Shown: positions 1-10,716 of the stretch, in pieces
Numbering within the stretch: the stretch's first letter is position 1
Layout: each line of letters starts with the position of its first letter
Source of the DNA: an uncultured Nitrososphaerota archaeon
GTDB lineage: Archaea > Thermoproteota > Nitrososphaeria > Nitrososphaerales > Nitrosopumilaceae
DNA: 64,000 nucleotides
Assembly: GCA_963701075.1 (NCBI GenBank)
Contig: OY969559.1
Location: forward strand, 1,152,001 to 1,216,000
Reading direction: 5' to 3'
The notes under the pieces: generated by a model
Told to the model about the DNA's origin: nothing
Seen by the model: the letters and a program-made list of their open reading frames with translations, nothing else
Databases searched by the model: none
Translations under genes and position numbers: made by a program

Positions 1-307
1 AAAGGTAAAGTTCTTTTTTGATATCTGCCATTTTTTCAAGTAAGATTGCCTTTGTTTTTTCGCCCTTGACTACTTTCTGCATGATCTCTGGATACTTTAA
101 TTCAAACTCGTCTGCATTGTGGCACTTTTGAATAGCTCCTGCTTTTCCTCTGCCACCTACTGCCATCTGGGCCTTGATCACAAATGGAAACCCAAGTTTT
201 TCAGCATCTTTTCTACCTTGTTCGATGGTAGTAGATGTTAATCCTTGAGGAATTGGTATTCCATAATCTGCAAATAATGACTTGGCCTGATATTCCAGCA
301 AACGCAT
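1..307 (-). CDS. sucC: Succinyl-CoA ligase beta subunit, N-terminal part (runs off the window)
   Basis: Manual translation MRLLEYQAKSLFADYGIPIP...VIKAQMAVGGRGKAGAI matches the SucC ATP-grasp N-terminus. Not in the ORF track. Confidence 0.93.
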   Translation of the reverse strand, partial: MRLLEYQAKSLFADYGIPIPQGLTSTTIEQGRKDAEKLGFPFVIKAQMAVGGRGKAGAIQKCHNADEFELKYPEIMQKVVKGEKTKAILLEKMADIKKELYL

Positions 308-846
308 GGAAAGATTTCATTTTTATGGTCTTTATAATCTGTATGTAAAGTCCTATCGATATTGTACACTGCAAATCCAATAATGTCGTATTCTGTCTCT
401 TATGTTGATTCTGTTTTTGATAATCATTCTTTAGTTTCTTGATATTGTTTGGTATTGTAAAATATTTAGTTGACCGTCTTTTTGAGTTGGGGTTATTGTT
501 TGTGTCTTGGGAGCGCTGCATCCATATCTATCGTAGTATATCATAAGACTGGGGTTTTATGATAAGGAGAGTTAAAAATATCATAATTTGATTTAGTGAT
601 GTTTTGGAGTAAAAGACCAGGCAAGAGGGTGTCCTAACGGGCACTCGGTTCATACTCCAAAACGCTTACAATTCTTGGTTTTATGAGCCTTTAAAAATGA
701 AATAAACATACTTGTGTGATTAGATTTTATTGTTTTTTACAATTTTATGGACCTTTTACAACATTTCTATAGTTTATCTCGTGCTCAATTCTAATAATCT
801 AACACATTTGATATAAACCAAAAACCACATTGAATAGGTCCAATGT

Positions 847-1215
847 ATGAAAATACTGGAATTCTGTGATCTGGTACTTTCCGTGGATGGGAAAATTCGT
901 TACGTTGGAGTGTATCATAACGAGAATGTATATCATAAATTACAAAAAAACGTGAAAAGCTATTTCACGGATGAAGAAAACATGATATCGGTAAAGACAG
1001 AGGTTGTAAGAGCATCGATGCGTAGATACATGGTAGAAAAATTAGGCGAACCCATCTTTTCAATGACCAAATATCCAAAGGTTACCATGGTAACTTTTCA
1101 CTGTATGATGACAAATCTCGTACTGATAAGTATTGAACCAAATGCAGATCCTAATGATATCGTAAACAAAGTATTGGGCATGATACAAACACATGGCGAG
1201 TCATTAGAACCCTAG
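847..1215 (+). CDS. Thaumarchaeal hypothetical protein (roadblock/profilin-like family)
   Basis: 122-aa ORF; IRYVGV and LG...S...Y.KV pattern seen in expanded thaumarchaeal small proteins. Confidence 0.6.
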   Translation: MKILEFCDLVLSVDGKIRYVGVYHNENVYHKLQKNVKSYFTDEENMISVKTEVVRASMRRYMVEKLGEPIFSMTKYPKVTMVTFHCMMTNLVLISIEPNADPNDIVNKVLGMIQTHGESLEP

Positions 1216-1394
1216 TGCCTCATGTGGCACTCATTTGCAATTATGGAAAACACCGAGTGTTTCACAATGAACGAACGCAATCTTTTCAATAGGTGGTACG
1301 TAATAGTACTGTAAGTTGCAGATTCTTACCAAGGCGGTCTGTTCTTGGTGGAAGTCCTTCCAGAGCAGACCCCTTTGTTATTGTGATCTTTGCA

Positions 1395-1724
1395 TCAACT
1401 AAATTGCTCTTCAAGCAAGTCTACGCAAGAAAGCAAGAGGTCCCTGCTTTTTTTCACAAGCCATCCTGGGAACTCTTCTATTGTGAAAACTAGCTGCTGC
1501 TGGAAACTTGGGGGTATGCTTCCCCCTGATGTTACTACTTGTACAATTACATAGTCTTCAGTCAATGTGCAAACCGTTTCCTGATACGACTCTCCTTCCT
1601 CTTCCATGCTGTTTCTATACAGTATGATGGGCGTCTTTGTCCTTGCCACATGAGATGATCCTTTCTTTAACAATACTTGAAAGTGGGACAAAAGCCAACC
1701 ATCGAGAGTTATTTGCTTGGGCAT
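1395..1724 (-). CDS. Hypothetical protein
   Basis: 109-aa ATG ORF co-oriented downstream of ileS. Confidence 0.7.
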   Translation of the reverse strand: MPKQITLDGWLLSHFQVLLKKGSSHVARTKTPIILYRNSMEEEGESYQETVCTLTEDYVIVQVVTSGGSIPPSFQQQLVFTIEEFPGWLVKKSRDLLLSCVDLLEEQFS

Positions 1725-1768
1725 GAGAATTAATCTCTGTTTAATTATTTAATTGGCTAGATAAAACC

Positions 1769-4700
1769 TTACTCTATTGAGATTTGGATCTTTTGACCAT
1801 CAAGATCTTCGTCTTTGTAACTTTTGGCCTTGTCTGAAAATTCTACTCTTTTCACCCTTACAAGAAAGGCAAGTTCTGATTGTTTTTCGTTGACCATTGT
1901 AAGGGAATCATCATCAAGACCTAGTATGTATGCCGCATCGAGAACATCAGTTGGATTGTATCCGCGTTCCTTTCTGAGTACCTGTAATCGCCTTGCTATG
2001 TCTCGAACCAGACCACGTGCCATCATTTCGCGATTTCGTGATGTGCTGATAAACACTATGAGAGAATCTCGTCTTGCCATTGCATGGCCTTCTTGCTCTG
2101 TAAAATCTATAACAAAATCGTCTTTATCTAGCTCAATTTTGGTACTGCCAAGATCAAAGCTTAAACGTTCCATTTTTCAATAATCCTTCTACAATTACTT
2201 TGGGGTCAGTCTCTGAAAACTTTGCTACTAGATTTCCCATGTCTTGTTTTGCTTTTGGCCCTATCTTCTTTCGCTCAAGTTCAACTTTGGGGGTTATGGG
2301 CAGTCCTGTCTTCATTAGGTTTGATACAAGCTCGAGCCCTTCAGATTTTGGCAATTCAACTATTTTGTATTTTTCTACATTGAGTTGTGATAAAAGCAAC
2401 TCTGACAAAGATTCAAGTTTTTGTTTCTGTAATGGCTCAACGCAAATGATTGCTTCATTTAATGGCCATCTTCGTTTTAATTTCCCTTTCATTCTTGCAG
2501 CGGCTGAAACAGATACAGCTTCTTTCATCAAGTCAAATGATTCTTCAGTTTTTTCACTGATTAGAGACTGCTGAGGTGCAGGAAAGTCCTCCAAGAGTAT
2601 GCTCTTTTTTTCAGAAAACATTGTGGTGTGTAGATACTGTGTCGTAAATGGGCAAATTGGATGAATCAGAACATCGATTGTTCTTAAAATCTCATACAGC
2701 GTTGCATAGATTGCAAGTCTTCTTTCTCTTAATGACTCATCTTCTGTCCACAATTCCTCTCTAGTGATTGGAATGTAAACTTGGCTTACAGAATTTATGA
2801 TAAAATCGTCTATTGCTCTTGCTGATTCATGGAACCTGCATCTTTCTTGAGACTCTATTACTGATGAAATCAACTTTTGAAGCTTTGATAATATCCAAAT
2901 CTCTGGCTCTTTTAGGAGATTCTTGTCTTTTGCCCATTGTACTGTGAAAGTCTTGTCATACTTGTCATACTCGCTATTTTGTTTCAGGTAGATGTGTAAG
3001 TGGTACAGCGTGCTGAGAATCTGATAGGGTCTTGAAACAAGCTCGTCTGTGCTAAAGTTGAGAGGCTCGATTGGGCTTGATTTCCACATGAAATACAGCC
3101 GAATCAAATCTACCGAGTACTTGTTTAACAGCTCTATTGCGTCTAGTACATTGCCTTGGCTCTTGCTCATCTTGTTGCCGTTTTTGTCAAGCACGTGTCC
3201 TTGAAAGAGAAACGATTTGAATGGGGCAACCGGCGCATCATTGAATATTACATTTTCAATTAATAGGGTATATGCCCATCCTCTTGTCTGGTCTATGCCC
3301 TCGGTAAGAAATGCGGCAGGGATGTACTCTTGATAATCGCTGTTGGTAAGTGATGCATATGGCGCAGCTCCACTGTTGTGCCACGTATCCAAAACAAACT
3401 GCTCTCTTTCCATCTTTGAATTACACTTGTCACAGTTTATCACCACCTTGTCTATCCATGGCCTATGCATCTCAAAATTTGGCCCATCTGGAAGCTCTGA
3501 TGCAGCCTTTGTTATGTCCTCTCTTGAGAAGAACCATTTTTGGTTACCGCACTTTTTGCAGTTCCAAAGAGGTAATGGGCATCCCCAGATGCGTTCCCGT
3601 GAGATGCACCAAGGATGACGGTCCTTAATGATTTCAACAAATCTGTTTCTTGGCGGCTCGAAAAAGTATTCTACGCTTTCTGCTGCCTTTACTGCCTTGT
3701 CTCCAAGCCTGTCAAGAAAATAAAAGAACCCTCTTCTTGCAAGCCAGAGTAGTTTGTGCTGTGATCTCCAGCACAATGGATATTGATGCTTTATCTTTCC
3801 AATTCGTACAAGAGCGTTTTTTTCCTTGATTGCGCTAACTATCTTGTCGTCTGCGTCTCTTACAAAAAGGCCTGCAAAGACTCCGGCATCTTTTGTAAAT
3901 TTTGCCTCGTCATTTATTGGGTTAAAAATCGGTATTTTTCTTTTTGTTGCAATCTCAAAGTCTTCCTCACCGTTTGCAGGAGACAAGTGAACAAGACCAC
4001 TTCCTGTTTGTACATCTACAAAACCCTCTGATACTACAATGTGAAAATTGGGAAGAGCGGAGCGTTCTCTGAGTCCTGGAATCTCATCTAAAAGAGGATG
4101 AATGTACTTTTTTCCTTCAAGGGTTGAACCCTTTACCTCCTTGATGATTGTGTGCTCCTCAACTCGAGCTTCCTTCATGAATTCTTCTAGGCGGCTTTTG
4201 CCTACCAGCCATACCTCGTCTCCTACTTTGACATGTACATAGTCTTCATCTGGGTTTACTCCGACCATTGTATCAGTAACAAGTGTAAACGGCATTGTGG
4301 TCCAAACAATAAGATAAAGATCCTCGTCTTGCATCTTCACTTTGTAATAGAGAGACGGGTCCTGAACTGTATCGTATCCTTGGTTTACTTCGGCATGACT
4401 TAGCGATGTCTGACAGCTTGGGCAGTATGCCACTACCTTGTAGGCTTCAGAAAGAATTCCATTCTCATGAGCTTTCTTTAGATATTTCCATTCTCGTTCA
4501 ATGTATTCATCTTTGTATGTCCAGTATGCATTTTTTTGGTTAAATGACATTCCCAATAATTTATCAGACTCTACCCATTTCTCGTTGAATCTGTGTACGA
4601 TTTTTTTGCATTCTAAAACAATTTTTTCTATTCCGGCAGATTCTATTACTTGAGACTTGCTTCCTGAGATGCCAAGTTCTTTTTCTGCCTGCAGCTCAAC

Positions 4701-4967
4701 TGGGAGACCCTGTGTGTCCCAGCCCGCATTAAAAATAATCTTGTAGCCCCGCAGAGTAGTGTACCTATACCACAAATCCTTCATTACTCGACCACGAAGA
4801 TGTCCTGCATGGGGTGTTCCATTCATGGTGGGAGGGCCTTCTATGAAGACAGTCTTTTTTGTTTTATTTGAAGACTCGAAAATTAATTTCTCTAAATCGA
4901 TACCTGATAATTGTTGTTTTACTTCATCTTCTATCTTCTTTGGATTAAACTCACTTGAAATCTGCAT
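1769..4967 (-). CDS. ileS: Isoleucine--tRNA ligase (one +1 frameshift near 2160, probable sequencing error)
   Basis: HAGH (HIGH-type) and KMSKS motifs, GWDTQGLP, WTTMP, DQTRGW; the C-terminus continues in ORF 1769..2173. Confidence 0.96.
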
Positions 4968-5078
4968 GATAATGGCTATAATTTTACTGATTTTATAAAG
5001 GTACGATAGAACTTGCTTGAACTGTACCATTAAAAAAGTAAATGTTGCTAAAAGATGCTTTCATTGGCCAGTTGTGTG

Positions 5079-5477
5079 CTATGCCCAGATTCTGACTGTG
5101 CCTTTTTTGCATTTCTCGTAAAGTCCAACCTTGTACAGTTTTTTCTCTAGCTCCTTTTTGAGCTCCTTTGGAACCGCTATGTGAAGAGGGATTTCCTTGC
5201 CGTTCATCTCTCTGCCTGTAAATGCCTTTAACTGTGCATTTATGTTCGGATCTCCTTTGATGCTTGTCTTGACTTCGCCTAGATGTCGTAACGCGCCCTT
5301 CATTCCTTCCAAATCCGGGACATGTCCGTCTCTTTCTTTTGGCTTTGGAAGCTTTCTGTATTTTTCATCAAAGTACTCTGGCATCTCTGCCATGTCAATG
5401 TGTGTTATTGTAATTCCTTGGGATTCCAATGTGGTTGCAAGCGAGTTTAGCATTTTTTGGTGCTCCGCAGACGTCAT
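5079..5477 (-). CDS. Hypothetical protein with a PD-(D/E)xK-like motif
   Basis: 132 aa; contains PDL...GEVK. Confidence 0.6.
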   Translation of the reverse strand: MTSAEHQKMLNSLATTLESQGITITHIDMAEMPEYFDEKYRKLPKPKERDGHVPDLEGMKGALRHLGEVKTSIKGDPNINAQLKAFTGREMNGKEIPLHIAVPKELKKELEKKLYKVGLYEKCKKGTVRIWA

Positions 5478-5592
5478 GCTAGTAATATCTGAAGATGATT
5501 AAATTTAGGTATTGTTTGCTTTTGGCTCTTGCAAAGGTTTTGGTTCTAAATACGAATGCATCCTTCATTATTGCCAAGCCAAAATCAGGAAG

Positions 5593-5616
5593 GGGGAAAG
5601 TCCAACGTCTTTCCCC
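5593..5616 (-). terminator. GC-rich hairpin followed by a pyrimidine tract, downstream of 5681..5962
   Basis: GGGGAAAG-N8-CTTTCCCC perfect 8-bp stem. Confidence 0.4.
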
Positions 5617-5631
5617 GCGTTTTCTATGCGG

Positions 5632-5738
5632 CTCTAAAGATGAGCCCTGTGTAGCCTATCCAAACGTCTTGGAAGATTGTCTACCAGTTCCACATGGGAT
5701 TGACTCTAAAGATGAGTGCTACGTAGCCTATCACAACG
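5632..5738. repeat. Imperfect 35-bp direct repeat with 72-bp period
   Basis: ctctaaagatgag...gtagcctatc..aacg at 5632-5666 and 5704-5738. Confidence 0.8.
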
Positions 5739-5962
5739 CCTGCACAGATCAAACCTGCTGATTCGTAGAACGCAGCGGGGTTGTTTCCACCGCCGTATCC
5801 GCCAGCTTCTGGGTTGATGACAAAGATGGTCACAAATATACACGCCAACATTATCGCAACTGCTATTGGAATGTATCCGTCATGGCGTTTTGTTTGTTGG
5901 AATTTACTAGGTGCATCGCTTGTTGACATCGCCTTAGATACGTTGTACATAAATATAGGCAT
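5681..5962 (-). CDS. Small two-TM membrane protein
   Basis: Two hydrophobic segments; divergent from the Lrp gene. Confidence 0.6.
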   Translation of the reverse strand: MPIFMYNVSKAMSTSDAPSKFQQTKRHDGYIPIAVAIMLACIFVTIFVINPEAGGYGGGNNPAAFYESAGLICAGVVIGYVALIFRVNPMWNW

Positions 5963-6015
5963 ATACCGAATTTTTAATACAAATGTACAGAAAAACGCTT
6001 AATTATTGAACAAAC

Positions 6016-6474
6016 GTGCATAATTGCATGGCAGTTGACGATCTGGATAAACGCATACTGGAAGAATTATTGAAGAACTCAAAGCGTTCCTATCGCCAAC
6101 TGGCAGACGAGCTGGAAATTGCGCCCGGAACTGTTCTTAAGAGAATAAAGGACCTAGAGTCAAAAGGAATAATCAAGGGCTATTCGATAATTGTGGATCA
6201 AGGAAAACTAGGCTCTCCAATTATTGCTTTGATTGAGATAATTTCATCAGGAGGCAAATTGGAAGAGATGGGAAAAAAACTCTCAAAGCTTCCAAACCTA
6301 TACGGTATCTACGAAACTACTGGCTCCCCTGACGCAATTATAATTGGAAAATTCAGGGACACTGATGAGCTTGGCAAGTTTGCAAGACATCTCTTAGGTC
6401 TTCCATCTGTTAGCAGAACAAATACTCATGTAGTACTGAACACTGTCAAAGAAGACTTTAGAATTTTGATATAA
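6016..6474 (+). CDS. Lrp/AsnC family transcriptional regulator
   Basis: DDLDKRIL..L..NSKRSYRQLA HTH plus RAM domain. Confidence 0.93.
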   Translation: MHNCMAVDDLDKRILEELLKNSKRSYRQLADELEIAPGTVLKRIKDLESKGIIKGYSIIVDQGKLGSPIIALIEIISSGGKLEEMGKKLSKLPNLYGIYETTGSPDAIIIGKFRDTDELGKFARHLLGLPSVSRTNTHVVLNTVKEDFRILI

Positions 6475-6513
6475 ATATAATAGATGAATTATTTCTAAAA
6501 TAAAAAACTTGTA

Positions 6514-7686
6514 CTAGGTCAATGCTATTTTGGAATCAACCTTGATGTGTATCTTCTCGCCAGTGTGCTGATGATCATTGTAAATCATTTTGGTTTTAAT
6601 TCCTTTTTTGTTCAGGTATCCTTCAAGCAAAAGTGCCCAGGGAATCGAATGACCGCTGTTCATCTTTGATTCTATTACAAAGTGATTGCCCTGTGACTCA
6701 TATCTGAGATGGCCTGAACATGTGATATCTAGGGTAGAGTCAACCAGGGAAATTATCTCGTCAAGTGTCTTTGATTGTAGGTCTAACCCGTTTTTCTCCA
6801 AGAATACTATGATGTCTATCCCTTTGCCTTTTGAGTTTAGCATTGAATTTAGGACAAATCCCAGGCCATTTTCATTTATCAATTGTACTACCTTGAGGGT
6901 CTCTTGCGCATCTGACTTTGTCATGTCTGATAAATTGTTAACCCTCATCCCGCTCTTCCAAGTCTGTTCAAAAGTCTTGACCTGGTTTGTGCCAAGCACA
7001 TCCGTGGATAGAAATATCGCACCCTTGCCGTTGCTGCTGTTAATCATAAGAATCTCGGAATCATCAAAAGTAATCATGTTTTGAGAAACCTCTGCAGTTT
7101 TGAGCCTTATTTCTGCTGGCAAGTTGTGACAAGCCTCTGTTCCTACCAAGTTTGACGGAATTATTATCTTGATATCAATATTTCTTCTCAGAGCTACCAA
7201 GAGCTCTTCTTTGCACTGCGAGATAAGGTTGAGTCCCCACGAATCAATTATTGCATGAACTGATGTCTTGGAACCATCTATCATTGACTGGAATTGTTTG
7301 AATACATAGTTCTGAGTAAGGTGAAAATATCTTTTCTCTTCTGAGCCTCTTGCCTTTTTGCTATCCTCGCTGAGCCGCTTTAGTTTGGTGGTCAGGCTGT
7401 TCATTGCATTTACGCGGTTTATCTGATCTTGTATGATTTCATCAAATGCATCTTCTGGAGCAATGGCAGTGCACATTATTGGTTTGCTTTTTGATATTAT
7501 CGCAATCTTCTTTTTTTCAAGTTTTAGTAGCGTTGGATACACCTTGGTTCTGGGCAAGTCGGAATAATATGCAAGCTCGCTTGCAGATATCGTGCCTTTT
7601 GTAATCAGTGTGACATAGGCTTGGGCTTCGTATTTGCTCAGACCAAATTCTTCCAAGCTTACTGCTAAATCTTGCCCCTTTACCAT
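6514..7686 (-). CDS. TrmB family transcriptional regulator
   Basis: LEEFGLSKYEAQAY..L...G...ASELA....LPRTKVY TrmB HTH. Confidence 0.92.
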   Translation of the reverse strand: MVKGQDLAVSLEEFGLSKYEAQAYVTLITKGTISASELAYYSDLPRTKVYPTLLKLEKKKIAIISKSKPIMCTAIAPEDAFDEIIQDQINRVNAMNSLTTKLKRLSEDSKKARGSEEKRYFHLTQNYVFKQFQSMIDGSKTSVHAIIDSWGLNLISQCKEELLVALRRNIDIKIIIPSNLVGTEACHNLPAEIRLKTAEVSQNMITFDDSEILMINSSNGKGAIFLSTDVLGTNQVKTFEQTWKSGMRVNNLSDMTKSDAQETLKVVQLINENGLGFVLNSMLNSKGKGIDIIVFLEKNGLDLQSKTLDEIISLVDSTLDITCSGHLRYESQGNHFVIESKMNSGHSIPWALLLEGYLNKKGIKTKMIYNDHQHTGEKIHIKVDSKIALT

Positions 7687-7763
7687 GGCAGAAATTATTT
7701 ATTTGTAAGGTAAGCTTAATCAGCTAAATTCATTGAACAAAGGCTAGAAAAAATACTAAGCTG

Positions 7764-8195
7764 GAACTGTTATCTTTAGATTACCAGCAAATTTTTTATT
7801 AAATAATAGGTTTTACCAAATACTCGATGATTGCATATACGTTACACCAAATCATGGTAATGATAACATAACCTGAGCCTTTTTTACTGTCATCTCATCT
7901 TTCAATTTAGAACTTGATCACCACAGAACAATACGGGAGTCAAATGAATGCAAACAAAATAAGCACCAGCAAGACCTGTCCGGTAGGCGGAGATAACTCT
8001 AAGGGGGCAGGCTATGACATCTATGAATCGTGGTGCAGTAAGCACGCCTTTTCGGCTGTGCGGTGTGGGCTAGGTTTACCCATACTGGAGGGCTTTCAGA
8101 GGAAGTGATGATAAGGAACATGGATAACATACAGCCACTAATCCTTGGAGTAGATGAAAGCAAGTTTACTTGTCAACCTACAAGTGGACAGAACC
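7764..8195 (+). mobile_element. Non-autonomous, internally deleted derivative (MITE-like) of the tnpB TIR element, retaining the putative omegaRNA segment
   Basis: Flanked by direct repeat CTAAGCTG (7756-7763, 8196-8203); right end GACAGAACC; 8088-8111 identical to 58379-58402; degenerate tnpB Zn-finger remnant (TSKTCPVGG..SWCS). Confidence 0.8.
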
Positions 8196-8279
8196 CTAAG
8201 CTGTATCTGAAGACTGTGTTACTGTGGTGACACAAGTTACCGTAACATGGGTTTGATATATCAAAACCCAATCTTGTAA

Positions 8280-8849
8280 TTGAAAATGGCAACTCAATCA
8301 AAATGGGTAATAGAAGATGAGAGCAAAAATCAGATTGTCCGTGCCAGTACCATCAAACCCCGGCTGGATTATGCAACCGAGACTGTGGATGGCATATTGG
8401 AAATCTTAGTACAAAAAAGACGCGATTTGAACGAGTCTAACTTGATGCTCTATAGAAGATCTGACGGCACTACAGAATCGCTCAAAGTACTTGAAAGAGA
8501 AGTACGACATGAGCTTGAAATCTCATACGCCGTAGAATCGTTAAGGCAGGTAAGGCGAAGCCTTGATTCCATTGCAGGCATGGGAAATGTCCCTACCGGT
8601 CTTGCTCCTACGATATCAATTGTAAGAATAGTCAGGTCAAGGATGCTCTCTTTGCTGCCTGTAATTGACCTTGATCTTGGCGAGCTATCTCTTCTCTTGT
8701 CTGGGGTGATAATAGATGCGGCACACCTTGCAAGCTCCACTCTTGACTTTGAAAGGGCAAATGAAGAGTCGCAAAGGCTATTGGATGAAGCTAAATTGAT
8801 TGCTGACTCTAAAATATACAAGCAGTTTCCTAATCTAGATTTCCTGTAA
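8280..8849 (+). CDS. CdvB/ESCRT-III (Snf7-like) paralogue
   Basis: LAPTISIVR..., ANEESQRLLDEA...KI...FPNL CdvB-type C-terminus; two genes upstream of cdvC. Confidence 0.78.
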   Translation: MKMATQSKWVIEDESKNQIVRASTIKPRLDYATETVDGILEILVQKRRDLNESNLMLYRRSDGTTESLKVLEREVRHELEISYAVESLRQVRRSLDSIAGMGNVPTGLAPTISIVRIVRSRMLSLLPVIDLDLGELSLLLSGVIIDAAHLASSTLDFERANEESQRLLDEAKLIADSKIYKQFPNLDFL

Positions 8850-8857
8850 GGCATCAC

Positions 8858-9430
8858 ATGTTGAATTTCTCAAAGGATGATACTGGACAGGATCTATCTC
8901 ATCCTCTTTTTAGAATCAAGACTCTGTCATCGAAGATAGAGCAAAAAATTATACAAAAAGACAAGGGAGCAGAAGATGGTTTTATCGAGACACTCTCAGT
9001 TGAGGAATTGAAGGATTTGAGACAGGTGATTCTTGCATCTGAATACTTGCTTACAAAATATCAGGACAAAAAAGACCTCAAGGCATTCTTGGAGGAGTTT
9101 ATTGGCATAATCATGCATACTACAAACTCAGTCAACGTCCTAAGGGACGAACTGGAAGACTTGGTAATATCAGCAGAGGTTGCCTTACAGCAGATTCATA
9201 CATTGCATGATGATGTAACCAGGAACCTAACCTTTGGGCACGCGTCTCAGACAAGGCTAGATGACTTTAGGTTATCACGTGTACCTGCCGCGCCTGTACT
9301 GGCAGCGCCTGTCCATGTATCTCCTGCTGTAACACCTGCCGTAACGCAGCCAAGTTCAATTAATTTAACAAATCCTACTAGACGAGTTCACACCAGTGAT
9401 TACCTAACAAGAACCGAAGTGGAAATCTAG
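8858..9430 (+). CDS. Hypothetical protein in the cdv cluster (helical, Pro/Ala-rich tail)
   Basis: 190-aa ORF between the cdvB-like gene and cdvC. Confidence 0.7.
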   Translation: MLNFSKDDTGQDLSHPLFRIKTLSSKIEQKIIQKDKGAEDGFIETLSVEELKDLRQVILASEYLLTKYQDKKDLKAFLEEFIGIIMHTTNSVNVLRDELEDLVISAEVALQQIHTLHDDVTRNLTFGHASQTRLDDFRLSRVPAAPVLAAPVHVSPAVTPAVTQPSSINLTNPTRRVHTSDYLTRTEVEI

Positions 9431-9441
9431 TTGGTAATATT

Positions 9442-10626
9442 ATGAGCCTAGCACCGCAAGAGTTAGAAAATAGCGCAAGTAGATTTGCTGCGGAAGCCAT
9501 AAAGTCTTGACTCACAAGGCGCACGTGGTATGGCAATCTCTAACTACCAGAGGGCAGTAGAATCGCTCACAAAGCTAATTCACCTATATCCTGAAAACAA
9601 ACTAAATAGAGTATACCAAGAACGTGTCGCTGCATATCAGAATCGTATCAAAGCATTACAATTGACTAATGTGGATATAGAGCCAGCTGTTGATCCAAAA
9701 GCAACCCCTGAAGAGCAGAAACAGTCCCTGACAAAAAATGAACTTGATTCATTGATAATGAAGGAAAAGCCAAACGTCAGCTGGGCAGAAGTAATTGGTC
9801 TTGATGATGCAAAAAACGCACTCCGAGAATCTATTGTTTATCCTGCTAAACGTCCTGACCTATTTCCACTTGGATGGCCAAGAGGAATACTGCTTTATGG
9901 TCCTCCTGGATGTGGCAAGACAGTACTTGCAGCAGCTACTGCAAGCGAGATTGATGGATATTTCATTAATGTAGATGCTGCCTCTATGATGAGCAAGTGG
10001 TTGGGTGAGGCAGAGAAGAATGTTTCAAAGCTATTCACCATGGCAAGAGGAATGGCTGAAAAAGAAGGGTTACCAGTAATATTGTTTATCGATGAAGTGG
10101 ACTCACTTCTTGGAAACCGCAATAGTGAGATAGGAGGAGAGATTAGAGTCAAAAATCAGTTTTTGACCGAGATGGACGGCATCAACGGAAAAGGAAAAGA
10201 TCTCAACTCTATGTCATAGGGGCTACAAACAAACCATGGAGCCTTGACTGGCCGTTTCTTAGGAGATTTACAAAAAGAGTCTATGTGTCGCTTCCAACGC
10301 TAGAAGCAAGAGTTAGTCTTTTTGAGCTTTATACCGCACCACTTCAAAAGGATGAAAAATCAAAACCGTCCGAGCTTGCAAAACTGGCAGACGGATACAG
10401 CGCAAGTGACATCAAAGACATTTGCCAGTCTGCACAGTTAATGGTTGTAAATGACTTGTTCCACTCGCCGGCATTCCAAGACCCTGTAGTGGGAGAAGCG
10501 CCACCGCAACCACGCCAGATCACCATGTCTGACTTTAAGGAAATAATCACAAGACGAAAGCCAAGTGTAAGCATGGAAATGATTCGCGCCTATTACAAGT
10601 GGAGCGATCAATTCAAGGCCCTGTAG
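9442..10626 (+). CDS. cdvC: CdvC/Vps4 AAA+ ATPase (two frameshifts, ~9505 and ~10206)
   Basis: MIT domain MSLAPQELENSASRFAAEAIK..., Walker A GPPGCGKT, Walker B FIDEVD, Vps4-like C-terminus. Confidence 0.92.
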
Positions 10627-10716
10627 ATTCAAAAATCTACCAGTATTATCTTTGAAACTAGAACGCAAAAATAAAATTTAGATCGACATAAAACTTAAAT
10701 TCGTATTATTCTGCAG

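Noticed and set aside
213-521. 102-aa ORF and the many antisense or overlapping ORFs in the track
   Set aside because: They overlap well-supported genes in other frames (here sucC) and have no recognisable motifs.
5632-5738. DGR template/variable repeat pair
   Set aside because: Too short, mismatches are not adenine-specific, and there is no reverse transcriptase in the window.
7914-8108. 64-aa ORF as a real gene
   Set aside because: It is the decayed tnpB C-terminal remnant inside the MITE.
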